Program-made: the position numbers and the translations under genes
Origin: a virus
IMG/VR virus record: IMGVR_UViG_3300020185_000016
Strand: one strand, 5' to 3'
DNA length: 33,578 nt
In this document: in pieces, positions 1 to 9,238 of the stretch
How positions within the stretch are numbered: the stretch's first letter is position 1
How the letters are laid out: each line of letters begins with the position of its first letter
The notes under the pieces: generated by a model
What the model saw: the letters and a program-made list of their open reading frames with translations, nothing else
Told to the model about the DNA's origin: nothing
The model's database searches: none

Positions 1-153
1 TTGCCGCAAACGAGCAGCTTCACTAAATTCCCAATCATTAGCCATTTTGCGAATTTCATCGGCATTAAACCAGGCACAATTCAATCGCTTCTGCAATCTT
101 TCGGCTAGCCATGTTTTACCAGATCCGGGTAAACCCATAATTAAAATTTTCAT
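1..153 (-). CDS. Adenylylsulfate (APS) kinase-like P-loop kinase, 5' part (runs off window)
   Basis: Not in ORF track. Manual translation from ATG at 153: MKILIMGLPGSGKTWLAERLQKRLNCAWFNADEIRKMANDWEFSEAARLRQ. Has Walker A GLPGSGKT, a D-x-I-R motif and a D-x-x-F-S-x-x-x-R motif typical of CysC-like kinases. Confidence 0.7.
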   Translation of the reverse strand, partial: MKILIMGLPGSGKTWLAERLQKRLNCAWFNADEIRKMANDWEFSEAARLRQ

Positions 154-163
154 TTTTATACCT

Positions 164-463
164 TTAATTTACATCTTCTATAAGAGCTTCATCATTTATA
201 ATTGCCTGCTCAATAACTGAAACTAAGATATCACCCGCAACAATATTAAAATCAGGACCTTCTTTTAATCCATCTATTGGGCTGCTTACAATACTATATT
301 CAAATTGTAATTTGGGATCTTTATCAGGGGTAGTATCATCTATTCGAACTTTACCAAATCGCAAAACAGTTTCAATATAATCCCCCCGTAAAATACGTAT
401 CAACCAATGTTTATCACTAGTGTCTGGAATTAGTTCATAATCAATTTTTTCTTCGTATTTCAT
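164..463 (-). CDS. Probable gp40-like head vertex assembly chaperone
   Basis: 99 aa directly downstream of uvsX, the T4 gp40 position; weak resemblance only. Confidence 0.45.
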   Translation of the reverse strand: MKYEEKIDYELIPDTSDKHWLIRILRGDYIETVLRFGKVRIDDTTPDKDPKLQFEYSIVSSPIDGLKEGPDFNIVAGDILVSVIEQAIINDEALIEDVN

Positions 464-1509
464 TATTCACCTACAATTTCATCCATAGAAACTACATCTT
501 TATGGCCGATAGTAAATTGCTTTTTAATAAACTCTTTAAAGTCTGTTTCTGCCATAATACGTGTCCAGAAAGGCTCTTGTAATGTATCAGCAGCACGGGC
601 TTTATTAGTAAGAACTTCTCCATCAGCTGGATTAACCCCTTCGTACCAGCCATTAGATGGCTTACGTGCATATCCGCCAGCAATAGCAACTTCTAACAAT
701 CCAGAATAAGGTTCAACGCCACCCTCCCATGATACCGAGATAGGAATTTTGGATTTTTCTTTGACGGAACGAGACTTTTCAATATTAATAACAAAATCAT
801 ATCCAGTAACTTCTGTACCAGTTTTATTCTGCCGGCGCCCAAGGATCCAAATATCATTTGCTGAATAGTAAATTCCCGTACCACCCGAAACAATAGCCTT
901 TGGAAATAATCCAATCTCTTGATATGTGTGATTAACAGCCAACATTGAAATATCTTTCATAGCTAGATATGGGGTACACATACGAAACAAACTTTTTAGT
1001 TGTTTGGCGCGCGACATATCTGCAACAGATTTTTCATTCTGAGTATCTTCTATTTCTTTCTTTGAAGCAAGGTTACCAATTGAATCAATAACAACAATAA
1101 CATTATCTTTACGATCCATGCCTTCGAGCTGTGAAATAAGATCAAATTTTAGTTCTTCAACATTAGTAATAGGTGTATGCAAAACTCGGCTTGTATCAAT
1201 ATTGAATTGTTCAAAATATGTCTGTGGTGAACCAAACTCTGAATCATAAAACAACATTACTGCATCTTTGTGTTTTTCCATATAAGCGCCGGCCATAAGC
1301 AACGCAAAAGATGTTTTAAAATGTTTAGATGGTCCGGCAAGTACAAGAAGCCCCGGGGATAGCCCGCCATCCACAGAACCAGATAATGCAACATTTACCA
1401 TTGGTACTGATGTTGATACCATCTCTTTATTATTAAAAAAACTCGATTCTGACAACACTTCGGTTGCTTTAAGTTTTGAGTTCTTTTTTAGCTTATCCAT
1501 AATACTCAT
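463..1509 (-). CDS. uvsX: UvsX RecA-like recombinase
   Basis: AGPSKHFKT Walker A, FYDSEFG, VIDSIGNLASKKE, SGGTGIYYSA: characteristic UvsX motifs. Confidence 0.97.
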   Translation of the reverse strand: MSIMDKLKKNSKLKATEVLSESSFFNNKEMVSTSVPMVNVALSGSVDGGLSPGLLVLAGPSKHFKTSFALLMAGAYMEKHKDAVMLFYDSEFGSPQTYFEQFNIDTSRVLHTPITNVEELKFDLISQLEGMDRKDNVIVVIDSIGNLASKKEIEDTQNEKSVADMSRAKQLKSLFRMCTPYLAMKDISMLAVNHTYQEIGLFPKAIVSGGTGIYYSANDIWILGRRQNKTGTEVTGYDFVINIEKSRSVKEKSKIPISVSWEGGVEPYSGLLEVAIAGGYARKPSNGWYEGVNPADGEVLTNKARAADTLQEPFWTRIMAETDFKEFIKKQFTIGHKDVVSMDEIVGE

Positions 1510-1546
1510 TTAAATATAGTACTCCTAAAAATATTTGATTACGTTT

Positions 1547-1575
1547 ATTATATCATGTGAGAGGTACAATGTAAA
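1547..1575 (-). promoter_or_regulatory. Sigma70-type phage promoter for uvsX
   Basis: Minus strand TTTACA-N17-TATAAT. Confidence 0.8.
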
Positions 1576-2397
1576 CTAATTATAATTTACATTTTGTTCT
1601 AATTCGCGATCATTTTTTAAATAATTTCGTCTATAATTATTATTGGCTTCAATAATATTTTCAAGTATTGGAAATTCACTTGTTTGCGATGCAAATGCTG
1701 CAAATGCTGCTGTATCTTTTGGAAAACATGCACCACCAAATCCACGCTTATTATCAAATCCCGGAACTAATGTATGTGAGCTATTAATACGCATATCACT
1801 TCCAATAGCAGAAATAATAGTTGAAAAATCGGCGTTAGAGCCATTTACAACATCATAGAATTGATTAAACCATAATACCTTAGATGCTAAAAAACAATTT
1901 ATCCCATATTTCACAAAGCTAGCTTCTACTCCAGTCATATGAAAACTTGGGCAAGGTTTGCAATTACTTAGTTTATTATATAGCTCTTCGAGTTGCAAAG
2001 TTTGTTCTTTATTGCCCCCAAAAATATGCATTGGAGGATTAACAAAATCTTCATTAGCATTTTTCTCTGTGAGGAATTCTGGATTATAAATTACATTAAT
2101 TGAATCTTTTTGAAGTTTTTCAATAATATCTGGTGTAACTGTTGACTTAATCACAATAAGGCCTGTAGCGTTATCTTTTAGCCAATTGACTGTTTCTTCA
2201 ACAATACTTCCATCAATTGCTCCATCTTTTCCCATTGGAGTTGGAACAGCAACAAATATTAGATCAAAGTCACCCTCTCGAAGATCCTCAATAGTATTGC
2301 CATGAATAGGATCAACAATAAATTTCGGAGTATTAACAAACCCATATTCAATAGCTTTACCAACAAACCCATGCCCTACGATAGCAATCTTATTCAT
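1576..2397 (-). CDS. UDP-glucose/GDP-mannose dehydrogenase family protein (short form without C-terminal domain)
   Basis: GHGFVG Rossmann motif, VAVPTP, KSTV, YNPEFL, catalytic GFGGACFPKD; 273 aa. Confidence 0.88.
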   Translation of the reverse strand: MNKIAIVGHGFVGKAIEYGFVNTPKFIVDPIHGNTIEDLREGDFDLIFVAVPTPMGKDGAIDGSIVEETVNWLKDNATGLIVIKSTVTPDIIEKLQKDSINVIYNPEFLTEKNANEDFVNPPMHIFGGNKEQTLQLEELYNKLSNCKPCPSFHMTGVEASFVKYGINCFLASKVLWFNQFYDVVNGSNADFSTIISAIGSDMRINSSHTLVPGFDNKRGFGGACFPKDTAAFAAFASQTSEFPILENIIEANNNYRRNYLKNDRELEQNVNYN

Positions 2398-2422
2398 AAT
2401 GCATTCTCCTTTAATTAGTATT

Positions 2423-2451
2423 ATTATATACTATTTTTTAAACATTGTAAA
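2423..2451 (-). promoter_or_regulatory. Sigma70-type promoter
   Basis: TTTACA-N17-TATAAT, followed by AAGGAG RBS. Confidence 0.75.
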
Positions 2452-3109
2452 TAGATTTATAATGCTTTCTTGCTTTAATTAAATCTTTTAAATAATCATG
2501 CGGTTTGGTTATAAAAGTTTGAGGGGCATCGCCATCTACCGTAATAAGAACAACGCTTTGTTTAATCGGAATTCCAGTTCTTTCGAAAAATGCCGCGGCA
2601 TAAAATGCACATTGCATAAAATAGTTTTGAATCCATTCTTCTTTTTTGGGTTTTCTTGATGTTTTAAAATCAATAATAGAAAGTTCTCCGGCCCATTCGC
2701 CAATACAATCAACTTGACCCGCGCATTTAAAATGATCAGAATATAGAAATTCTTCTTGAAACCAAACATTATTAATATTTGCATCAATGATAGGTTTAAT
2801 GTCATTAAAAGACGCTACATTATTCGGCAAGACACCCTTTAAATAATCTTCATTATTATTCAAATAATCTTCACATATTTGATGAACTTTTGTGCCCCGC
2901 TTTGATGCTCGGGCAGAAATTTTATTAGCTTCTTCTTCGCCAACTCTTTTGCGCCATGCTTTAATACTATCTTTGCTAAGTTCACTTAATACAGTAGTAA
3001 TTGAAGGATAAGTATTACCTTCTGGAGTAAAATACCGCCGCCCCTTTTCAGTTGTTTTGCGAGTAAGCTTTGGTAAAATTATTCCATGATCATAATGTGT
3101 AATAGGCAT
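2438..3109 (-). CDS. PD-(D/E)XK exonuclease (conserved T4-like phage exonuclease)
   Basis: YPSITTVL, RGTKVH, AGQVDC..IIDFKTS, YFMQCAFYA. Confidence 0.88.
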   Translation of the reverse strand: MPITHYDHGIILPKLTRKTTEKGRRYFTPEGNTYPSITTVLSELSKDSIKAWRKRVGEEEANKISARASKRGTKVHQICEDYLNNNEDYLKGVLPNNVASFNDIKPIIDANINNVWFQEEFLYSDHFKCAGQVDCIGEWAGELSIIDFKTSRKPKKEEWIQNYFMQCAFYAAAFFERTGIPIKQSVVLITVDGDAPQTFITKPHDYLKDLIKARKHYKSIYNV

Positions 3110-4065
3110 TAGTTAACACCATAAAATTCTTTGTACCATGTAATAAAGTTTGCAACGCCAACACTCATCGGTGTAGTTGGTTTATAGCCTAGTTTTTGAA
3201 GTTTAGTGGTATCACTCCAGGTTGCTTGGCTATCCGCAGGATGCATTGGCACTAATTCTTTAATAGCAGTGCGATCAAGATTGTATTCAATAGCTTCTAC
3301 AAAATCCGCAAGCTTAACCTGATCACCATATCCAATATTATATATCTCTCTAATATCAGTCTTAGTTAATGTTTCATTAATAACAATTTCAATACCCTGA
3401 ACAATATCATCTACATAAGTAAAATCACGAATCATATCACCATAATTAAATAATTCGATTGGTTTTTCATCGATAATATTTTTTGTAAAATCAAATAGCG
3501 CCATGTCAGGACGCCCCCATGGACCATACACAGTAAAGAAACGCAAACCAATAGTATTGGTAATAGCACTTGCCATAAACTGGGATTCATTTGTAGATTT
3601 ACTAAACCCATATGGATTTAGCTGATAGCCAGTTTTTTCGTCTTCTTTCCATGGTAATGGGTTTCCAACCATAGTGCATGATGTTGATGCGTATACAACA
3701 TTCTCAATGCCGTTATCTTCACATACACTAATAAGATTTTGAGTACCAGTAATATTATTATCAATATACAATTGAGGATCTGTCATTGAATGACGCACAC
3801 CAGCATAACCCCCAAGGTGAACCACCACATCTGGTTTATGTTCCTTCATAAAATCTTCTAGGTCGGGTTTCCATGTTAAATCAGCTACATCAATTTTAAT
3901 ACCAAAATCTTTGTATAGCTTCACAGTTCGGGCTGTCTTTAATGCCGGATCATAGTAGTCATTAAAATTATCAAAGCCACATACTTCAAAGCCATTGCTA
4001 TGTAATGATTGCGCCAAGTGAAAGCCAATGAAACCAGCTCCTCCAGTAATTGCTACTTTAGTCAT
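3109..4065 (-). CDS. NAD-dependent nucleotide-sugar epimerase (UDP-glucuronate 4-epimerase-like)
   Basis: TGGAGFIG, DNFNDYYD, AGVRHS, YxxxK (YGFSK), RFFTVYGPWGRPDMA, RDFTYVDD. Confidence 0.92.
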   Translation of the reverse strand: MTKVAITGGAGFIGFHLAQSLHSNGFEVCGFDNFNDYYDPALKTARTVKLYKDFGIKIDVADLTWKPDLEDFMKEHKPDVVVHLGGYAGVRHSMTDPQLYIDNNITGTQNLISVCEDNGIENVVYASTSCTMVGNPLPWKEDEKTGYQLNPYGFSKSTNESQFMASAITNTIGLRFFTVYGPWGRPDMALFDFTKNIIDEKPIELFNYGDMIRDFTYVDDIVQGIEIVINETLTKTDIREIYNIGYGDQVKLADFVEAIEYNLDRTAIKELVPMHPADSQATWSDTTKLQKLGYKPTTPMSVGVANFITWYKEFYGVN

Positions 4066-4092
4066 TCAGTGTATCCTTTTAATTATAATATT

Positions 4093-4121
4093 ATTATAAC
4101 ACAATAATTGTATTTTGTACA
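4093..4121 (-). promoter_or_regulatory. Sigma70-type promoter
   Basis: TGTACA-N17-TATAAT upstream of the epimerase. Confidence 0.65.
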
Positions 4122-4124
4122 TGT

Positions 4125-4490
4125 TTAAAATGTTACTACTCGCCCAGCTACTTTAAAATATAATTCTTCACTACCGTCATCATGTATAACATGACCGCAT
4201 GCCATTTTACACTTATTACATGCCGCATCAGGATCTTCAAATAAAAGTTTATAGAAGTTATTCCACTGAGGAGAAGATATAATTTCGAGGGGGGTTTTAC
4301 CAGATTTTACATTTAATTCTTCATCAAATAAATTATGGACATTATCTCTTTTGCAATCAAATGTGTCCATCCAGCAACAGGGTAAATAATTTCCTGAAGC
4401 AGTAAAAGCAATACAATTACCCATTGTATAGCGAACATTATTTCCATCTTTATCAAATGGAAAACATTTAGGTCTAATCTCTAATTTCAT
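4125..4490 (-). CDS. Stand-alone SPASM/twitch-like Fe-S domain protein
   Basis: PKC...FTASGNYLPCCW...EIISSPQW...ACNKCKMAC matches the SPASM Cys pattern; overlaps the radical SAM gene by 17 nt. Confidence 0.65.
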   Translation of the reverse strand: MKLEIRPKCFPFDKDGNNVRYTMGNCIAFTASGNYLPCCWMDTFDCKRDNVHNLFDEELNVKSGKTPLEIISSPQWNNFYKLLFEDPDAACNKCKMACGHVIHDDGSEELYFKVAGRVVTF

Positions 4491-5250
4491 TTAAAATCTC
4501 ATTATATTCGTCTACACTATTAATATATAGTTTTTTTGAAAACCCACTGAAGTTTTTTAATGCAGGCGCTGTAGGGGGTTGAAGCGGATTGTCATTTCGG
4601 CCTGGCGCGCCAAATCTAGATGATGTTAATAATTGAAATTTTATTCCATAATCATTTGCCATTTGGATAGCGGTGGGTATATCTTTTTCATTATATTCAA
4701 ATACAATGTATTGCCAAATAACCTCTCCGTGATCTTTTACGTTTTGCGCAACATATTTCATAGCATTGAAAGCAGAATCAAAAGATTGATTTACTCGATG
4801 CAAACTAGTTTTTTGATTTATACCATCTATACCGAAAATCCATTGCATAAAATAATTACCAGAATTAGTAATATCAACCAATTCTTCCCACCATACAGTT
4901 TTTTTCCCATGGCCAGTTGTATGAAATTCAATAAATTTAAGATTATCAACAGTATTAAGTGCACGCATTAAATCATGCATTTTAGGGTGATACACTGGAT
5001 CGGATATTTGTCCACAAAAACAAAGTCTTGTCCATGTTTGTGCCATTTTTATAGCATCATTTATTCTAAGATCACCATATTCAACTTGATATTGTTTAAC
5101 AACAGCTTTACCAACAGAATTTTGTCGAGTGCAATATGGGCATTGGAGTAAACATCTATGAGAAGTATCTACATTTATGGTCCGATCTGTCATAATTTTT
5201 AAGGCGGAAGAATAATAGTTATTCCAATTTTTTAACATACGAGTGGTCAT
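4474..5250 (-). CDS. Radical SAM protein
   Basis: CLLQCPYC (CxxxCxxC), CGQISDP, HTTG, FGIDG, WQYIVFEYN. Confidence 0.85.
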   Translation of the reverse strand: MTTRMLKNWNNYYSSALKIMTDRTINVDTSHRCLLQCPYCTRQNSVGKAVVKQYQVEYGDLRINDAIKMAQTWTRLCFCGQISDPVYHPKMHDLMRALNTVDNLKFIEFHTTGHGKKTVWWEELVDITNSGNYFMQWIFGIDGINQKTSLHRVNQSFDSAFNAMKYVAQNVKDHGEVIWQYIVFEYNEKDIPTAIQMANDYGIKFQLLTSSRFGAPGRNDNPLQPPTAPALKNFSGFSKKLYINSVDEYNEILNEIRD

Positions 5251-5253
5251 TTT

Positions 5254-5697
5254 TTAAATCTCTATAAATTCATATTTAAGGTCAACTTCACCAAACATAG
5301 CGCTAGTGCGGTCAAATACATCTAGCCATTTATCTGGATAATCCATAGCAGGCATAATTACTTTTTTAATTCCAACTTGAATAATCCCCTTGGCACATTC
5401 GTTACAAACAGGTAATCCCCAAACATAAAGAGTAGCGCCATCTAATGATACTCCATTATATGTAGCATTATATATTACATTCTGTTCTGCATGGACAACA
5501 TATTGGTGCTTGACAGCTTTATCATTATAACGAATTGCACCATCATATATTCCTCGAGGAAATCCATTATAACCTTGCGCTAATACTTGACCCTTATCAC
5601 CAATAGCAACCGCGCCAATTTGGCGCGCCGGGTCTTTTGACCAAGTGCTAATTTCTTTAGCCAATTTTAAATAACGAAGATTCCAATTTTCACTCAT
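5254..5697 (-). CDS. dCMP deaminase
   Basis: WSKDP, GYNGFPRG, HAEQN, PVCNEC zinc-deaminase motifs. Confidence 0.95.
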   Translation of the reverse strand: MSENWNLRYLKLAKEISTWSKDPARQIGAVAIGDKGQVLAQGYNGFPRGIYDGAIRYNDKAVKHQYVVHAEQNVIYNATYNGVSLDGATLYVWGLPVCNECAKGIIQVGIKKVIMPAMDYPDKWLDVFDRTSAMFGEVDLKYEFIEI

Positions 5698-5722
5698 TTA
5701 TATATCCTTGCTAGATTTAAAT

Positions 5723-5866
5723 CTACCCATTATACCCCAGACAAGGAATAAGAAGTGATTGTTTGCAATTATCCGGATAAGCAATAGCCGATCCAAGAAT
5801 AGGTAATCCTATCATTATAATGGTAATTAACACAAATGATAAAAATAATCCATTAAAATTATTCAT
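5723..5866 (-). CDS. Small hypothetical membrane protein (47 aa)
   Basis: Not in ORF track: MNNFNGLFLSFVLITIIMIGLPILGSAIAYPDNCKQSLLIPCLGYNG. GAGG RBS; TATAAATA at 5890-5897; fills an intergenic gap. Confidence 0.65.
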   Translation of the reverse strand: MNNFNGLFLSFVLITIIMIGLPILGSAIAYPDNCKQSLLIPCLGYNG

Positions 5867-5917
5867 TTATAGCCTCTAAAATTAAATATTATTTATAATT
5901 AAACATATACTTATTAC

Positions 5918-6130
5918 CTATACGTTCCATTCTAATTTATCTTCGATAGCCATTGAAACAAATTGATAATAATCTCGGTTTTCATCATCCATTTGGGCAA
6001 AGTATATGGCTGCTCGCCCCATTAGCTCGTGAATCTTACTATCTGGTTCAAGGTGTGCGTTAGGATGGCTTTCCATAAGCATTTGTATTTCATCCATGAT
6101 ACCATTTATTTTTTCTTGAATCTTACTCAT
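5918..6130 (-). CDS. Hypothetical protein
   Basis: 70 aa ORF overlapping the stop of the upstream gene. Confidence 0.65.
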   Translation of the reverse strand: MSKIQEKINGIMDEIQMLMESHPNAHLEPDSKIHELMGRAAIYFAQMDDENRDYYQFVSMAIEDKLEWNV

Positions 6131-6572
6131 TTTTTAAACCATTTGAACTATCGTGTTTTTCAAGTTCTGCATGCAGAACACGTCGCCTTAATCCTGAAGA
6201 CGAAAACCTATGATCGCGCTTATTAAAGTATAAACTAATATTTCTGCGGCGGCATTCATCCTTACCAGTAAAATCTTTATTTTTATATTCATCACCGAGG
6301 ATACGCACATTGATTGGATACATATTAATAATATCTATTAAATCACTTTCAGTACAATATACAATAACTTCATCAACATATTTTACAGCATTTAGCTGAG
6401 AATATCGTTCAACTATTGATTGAATAGGCGAATTTTTTTCTGCGCGGTTTACTGCAGGGTCAACCTGTAAAGCACAAATTAAATAATCACAATTTTCTTT
6501 TGCTTCTCTTAACATGGCAATATGGCCACTATGCAATAGATCAAATGTAGATGCTGTTAATCCAACAATCAT
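6123..6572 (-). CDS. Cytidylyltransferase (TagD/glycerol-3-phosphate cytidylyltransferase-like)
   Basis: TASTFDLLHSGH (HxGH), KYVDEV, RILGDEY, RFSSS. Confidence 0.9.
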   Translation of the reverse strand: MIVGLTASTFDLLHSGHIAMLREAKENCDYLICALQVDPAVNRAEKNSPIQSIVERYSQLNAVKYVDEVIVYCTESDLIDIINMYPINVRILGDEYKNKDFTGKDECRRRNISLYFNKRDHRFSSSGLRRRVLHAELEKHDSSNGLKNE

Positions 6573-6590
6573 GCGTATCCTCGTTTTTTT

Positions 6591-6830
6591 TTATTTTTTA
6601 CGCAAGGGCGTAAGTAGCCATGAACCGTCATTATTATCGGTCCAAATAATAGTATCACCAATTTTCAAGTTAAGGGCATCCATTAAATCATCCGGGAAAT
6701 TTAAATACATTTCACCGTCATCAGTTTCTTCAACTCCTACTTGAAAATCAATTGGTAATTGATTTTGAATATCGCCGGCGCTCGGTTCAAGGCCAGGTGA
6801 CAATTTTACGTCAGTATTAATATTTACCAT
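6591..6830 (-). CDS. AbrB/MazE-like swapped-hairpin domain protein
   Basis: DDGEMYLNFPDDLMDALNLKIGDTIIW pattern. Confidence 0.55.
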   Translation of the reverse strand: MVNINTDVKLSPGLEPSAGDIQNQLPIDFQVGVEETDDGEMYLNFPDDLMDALNLKIGDTIIWTDNNDGSWLLTPLRKK

Positions 6831-6989
6831 TTAATCTTCCTTTTTCCAAATAGTCCAGGCACCATAAAAGATTGCTGCATAAGCAATCAAATCCACCGGT
6901 ACCAAAATCATAGCAACCCCCGTTGCAATTAAAACTCCACCATCAAGTGTGGTTCTTTCAGTTAGTCTTTGCATTAGCCAATTTGTCAT
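6831..6989 (-). CDS. Small hypothetical membrane protein (52 aa)
   Basis: Not in ORF track: MTNWLMQRLTERTTLDGGVLIATGVAMILVPVDLIAYAAIFYGAWTIWKKED. TAATG coupling to the upstream gene; abuts the downstream start. Confidence 0.75.
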   Translation of the reverse strand: MTNWLMQRLTERTTLDGGVLIATGVAMILVPVDLIAYAAIFYGAWTIWKKED

Positions 6990-7333
6990 TACGCGTGTCC
7001 TACCGTTTCTCTTACAATATCATTATGCGAAAATTCTGCCCAATATAATTCAAATGCTACTCCGCTTTCTAAACATTCAAATTGATGATATACACCGGGC
7101 TTAACTTTGGTGTACATTCCTGCTTCAAGAATAGTTTCATCTACTAAATCATAATCGTTTTGCCATACACGAATAAGCATACGTCCAGATTCAACATAAA
7201 AACCATTCCATTTAAAGGCATGAAGATGTTTAGAACACACTCCGCCTTTATTCATTTCAATGCGGTGAAATTCTAAAGCACCGTTAGCTTCTACAAGTTC
7301 GGTATTGCCCCAAACTTTTCCAAAAATACCCAT
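6989..7333 (-). CDS. Cupin domain protein (sugar isomerase-like)
   Basis: CSKHLHAFKWNGFYVESG and VKPGVYHQF cupin motifs. Confidence 0.8.
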   Translation of the reverse strand: MGIFGKVWGNTELVEANGALEFHRIEMNKGGVCSKHLHAFKWNGFYVESGRMLIRVWQNDYDLVDETILEAGMYTKVKPGVYHQFECLESGVAFELYWAEFSHNDIVRETVGHA

Positions 7334-7335
7334 AC

Positions 7336-7461
7336 TTAATCCTTATCTCTCCATACTCTTTTTCCATTTTCAATATTCCAAGTTTTACCTGTGAATTTCT
7401 TGTGTCCAACATGAGTACCTTTATTCCAAGGAATATTACCCCTTAAAGTTTCAGCAATCAT
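7336..7461 (-). CDS. Small basic protein with PWNKG (NUMOD-like) motif, 41 aa
   Basis: Not in ORF track: MIAETLRGNIPWNKGTHVGHKKFTGKTWNIENGKRVWRDKD. AAGGAAG RBS; fills the gap exactly. Confidence 0.6.
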   Translation of the reverse strand: MIAETLRGNIPWNKGTHVGHKKFTGKTWNIENGKRVWRDKD

Positions 7462-7462
7462 A

Positions 7463-7681
7463 TTAACTTCCTTTTACTTTTTTCAAAGAGTTTTCAAAGG
7501 CAAAAAACAATTGTTCAAATTTCCATTGATACAATTGGTGCATGCCCATCAATGCGTTTGTAATTTCATCAATAGTAGGATCACGCTCACCGTCACATAT
7601 CTGTTTATACATGGTTTCCAAATCATCGCAAACCTGCCAACAATGCATAATGCTTTGCTCTAAATCAGTAGTCACAGCCAT
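7463..7681 (-). CDS. Hypothetical protein (start re-assigned to MAVTTDLEQ)
   Basis: GGGAG RBS before the ATG at 7681; avoids overlap with the upstream ORF. Confidence 0.7.
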   Translation of the reverse strand: MAVTTDLEQSIMHCWQVCDDLETMYKQICDGERDPTIDEITNALMGMHQLYQWKFEQLFFAFENSLKKVKGS

Positions 7682-7682
7682 A

Positions 7683-7871
7683 TTAGCATACTCCCTTAAA
7701 CATTTCTTTTCGGCCCTCGATGCCAAGTTGAGAATCAAAAATATCTTTGAGACTTATAAGCATCATTGATGCTAGCATTAGAATTTCTTCGCGGCCATCA
7801 CACATTAAAATTGCTTCATCAATGGGGCGAGATAATTCTAGCATTTTAATTTTTACATTAGAGTCGTTCAT
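7683..7871 (-). CDS. Hypothetical protein
   Basis: 62 aa, tightly packed in the operon. Confidence 0.6.
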   Translation of the reverse strand: MNDSNVKIKMLELSRPIDEAILMCDGREEILMLASMMLISLKDIFDSQLGIEGRKEMFKGVC

Positions 7872-8553
7872 TATTCCATCTTTCTGCGTCTTGAGGAGTG
7901 TTGATTTCTATTCCATTAAATTCTGTTAATAATACACCAATATCCCATCCAGCTTTAAGCCAGCGCAACTGTTCCAAACTTTCAACGCGTTCTTCTTGTG
8001 GAATTGTTAATGTATTATATAGACTTAAGGCATTTCGAGTGTATCCATAAATGCCAAGATGCCAATCACCATAACCAGTCATGCCGCGGCCAAACCATAA
8101 AGCTTTATCACCAGCACGAACCAATTTAACAGTATTAGGATCTTCCTGTTGCTCTTTTGGCATTTTAGCTGCCATAGTAGTAACATTATAATGTTGAAGA
8201 TGCCATTTAGTTTTTTCAATCATATGCTGCGTTACGTCTGGCATATCACCTTGAACATTAATAAACTGATCATAATGCCCAATGTGCTTAGTAAACATTT
8301 GGTTTGTAATTGCACCAGCACATCTTTCGGTACCGTTTTCATATTTTGATTCTTGATCTATCCAGCATGCTCTTGGGCCAAGCTTATTAAAGACTCTCAT
8401 ATCATCAGTTAAAACATAGGTATCTAACTCAGATTTTTTGCATTCTGCATATACCCGCATAACCATTGTCATACCACCAAGGTCTGTTAATGGTTTACCT
8501 GGAAATCGGGTGCTATGGAATCTAGCTGGAATTAATATTGCGGTTTTAGTCAT
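7858..8553 (-). CDS. kdsB: 3-deoxy-manno-octulosonate cytidylyltransferase (CMP-KDO synthetase)
   Basis: IPARFHSTRFPGKPL, NGTERC, INVQGDMP, PNTVK, HLGIYGY, ESLEQLRWL. Confidence 0.93.
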   Translation of the reverse strand: MTKTAILIPARFHSTRFPGKPLTDLGGMTMVMRVYAECKKSELDTYVLTDDMRVFNKLGPRACWIDQESKYENGTERCAGAITNQMFTKHIGHYDQFINVQGDMPDVTQHMIEKTKWHLQHYNVTTMAAKMPKEQQEDPNTVKLVRAGDKALWFGRGMTGYGDWHLGIYGYTRNALSLYNTLTIPQEERVESLEQLRWLKAGWDIGVLLTEFNGIEINTPQDAERWNNERL

Positions 8554-9197
8554 TTGGGGCTAAGCACTTTCATACTTCTAAGTGTTTCAATATCAGTTAA
8601 TCCCGTAATTTTAGATATTAAATTTTTAGTAATAGCATCGTTTCTTAAATACAAATTTTCATACGATATACAATGCACATTAACTGCATCTATAAATTCG
8701 GAATTTTTCTTGTTTAGATCATTTAATATTGTATTAACAGTAGGATAGCTACCTCTAGTTATAATTAAATCCAGGTCCATAATTATTTGTGAAGCAATAC
8801 GAGCCCTACCATCTTCTCGATATAAGAAAAAAGCGTTATAATTGTAGTCTTCCATATGGGCTAAAAGAATTTTTATAAACCAAAGTGGAGTAAATTCAAC
8901 CATTACTTTTATATGAATTTTATGAGATAATATGGTTTTAACTGCTAAAACTAGAGATTCCATATTTTTATCTTTTTCATATTGTTTAATAATACAATAA
9001 AACTCTCCAATTTGATGATCAAATCGTTCATGCGAATAGGGCAAGTGCGGTAATGTATAGCCTAATTCTGATACACTTTTCAATACTGACTGATTAATAG
9101 AATCTAAATCAATTTCTTTTCTATAATTAATATCTAGCCAAGAAGTAAAACTACTAGATCCAGTACGCTGATTTGAAAATAATATAATAGGATTCAT
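8550..9197 (-). CDS. Sulfotransferase-like protein (Stf0-like P-loop fold)
   Basis: IILFSNQRTGSS (5'-PSB loop), FLYRED...S (3'-PB), ISYENL; very AT-rich. Confidence 0.6.
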   Translation of the reverse strand: MNPIILFSNQRTGSSSFTSWLDINYRKEIDLDSINQSVLKSVSELGYTLPHLPYSHERFDHQIGEFYCIIKQYEKDKNMESLVLAVKTILSHKIHIKVMVEFTPLWFIKILLAHMEDYNYNAFFLYREDGRARIASQIIMDLDLIITRGSYPTVNTILNDLNKKNSEFIDAVNVHCISYENLYLRNDAITKNLISKITGLTDIETLRSMKVLSPK

Positions 9198-9238
9198 TCT
9201 AATTTACCTCTATAAGTTTATTAATTATTAATACATTT

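Noticed and set aside
2438-3109. Cas4 / CRISPR adaptation gene
   Set aside because: Ordinary phage PD-(D/E)XK exonuclease; lacks the C-terminal Fe-S Cys cluster and any CRISPR context.
6123-6830. Toxin-antitoxin pair involving the AbrB-like ORF
   Set aside because: The downstream gene is a cytidylyltransferase; no recognisable toxin is adjacent.
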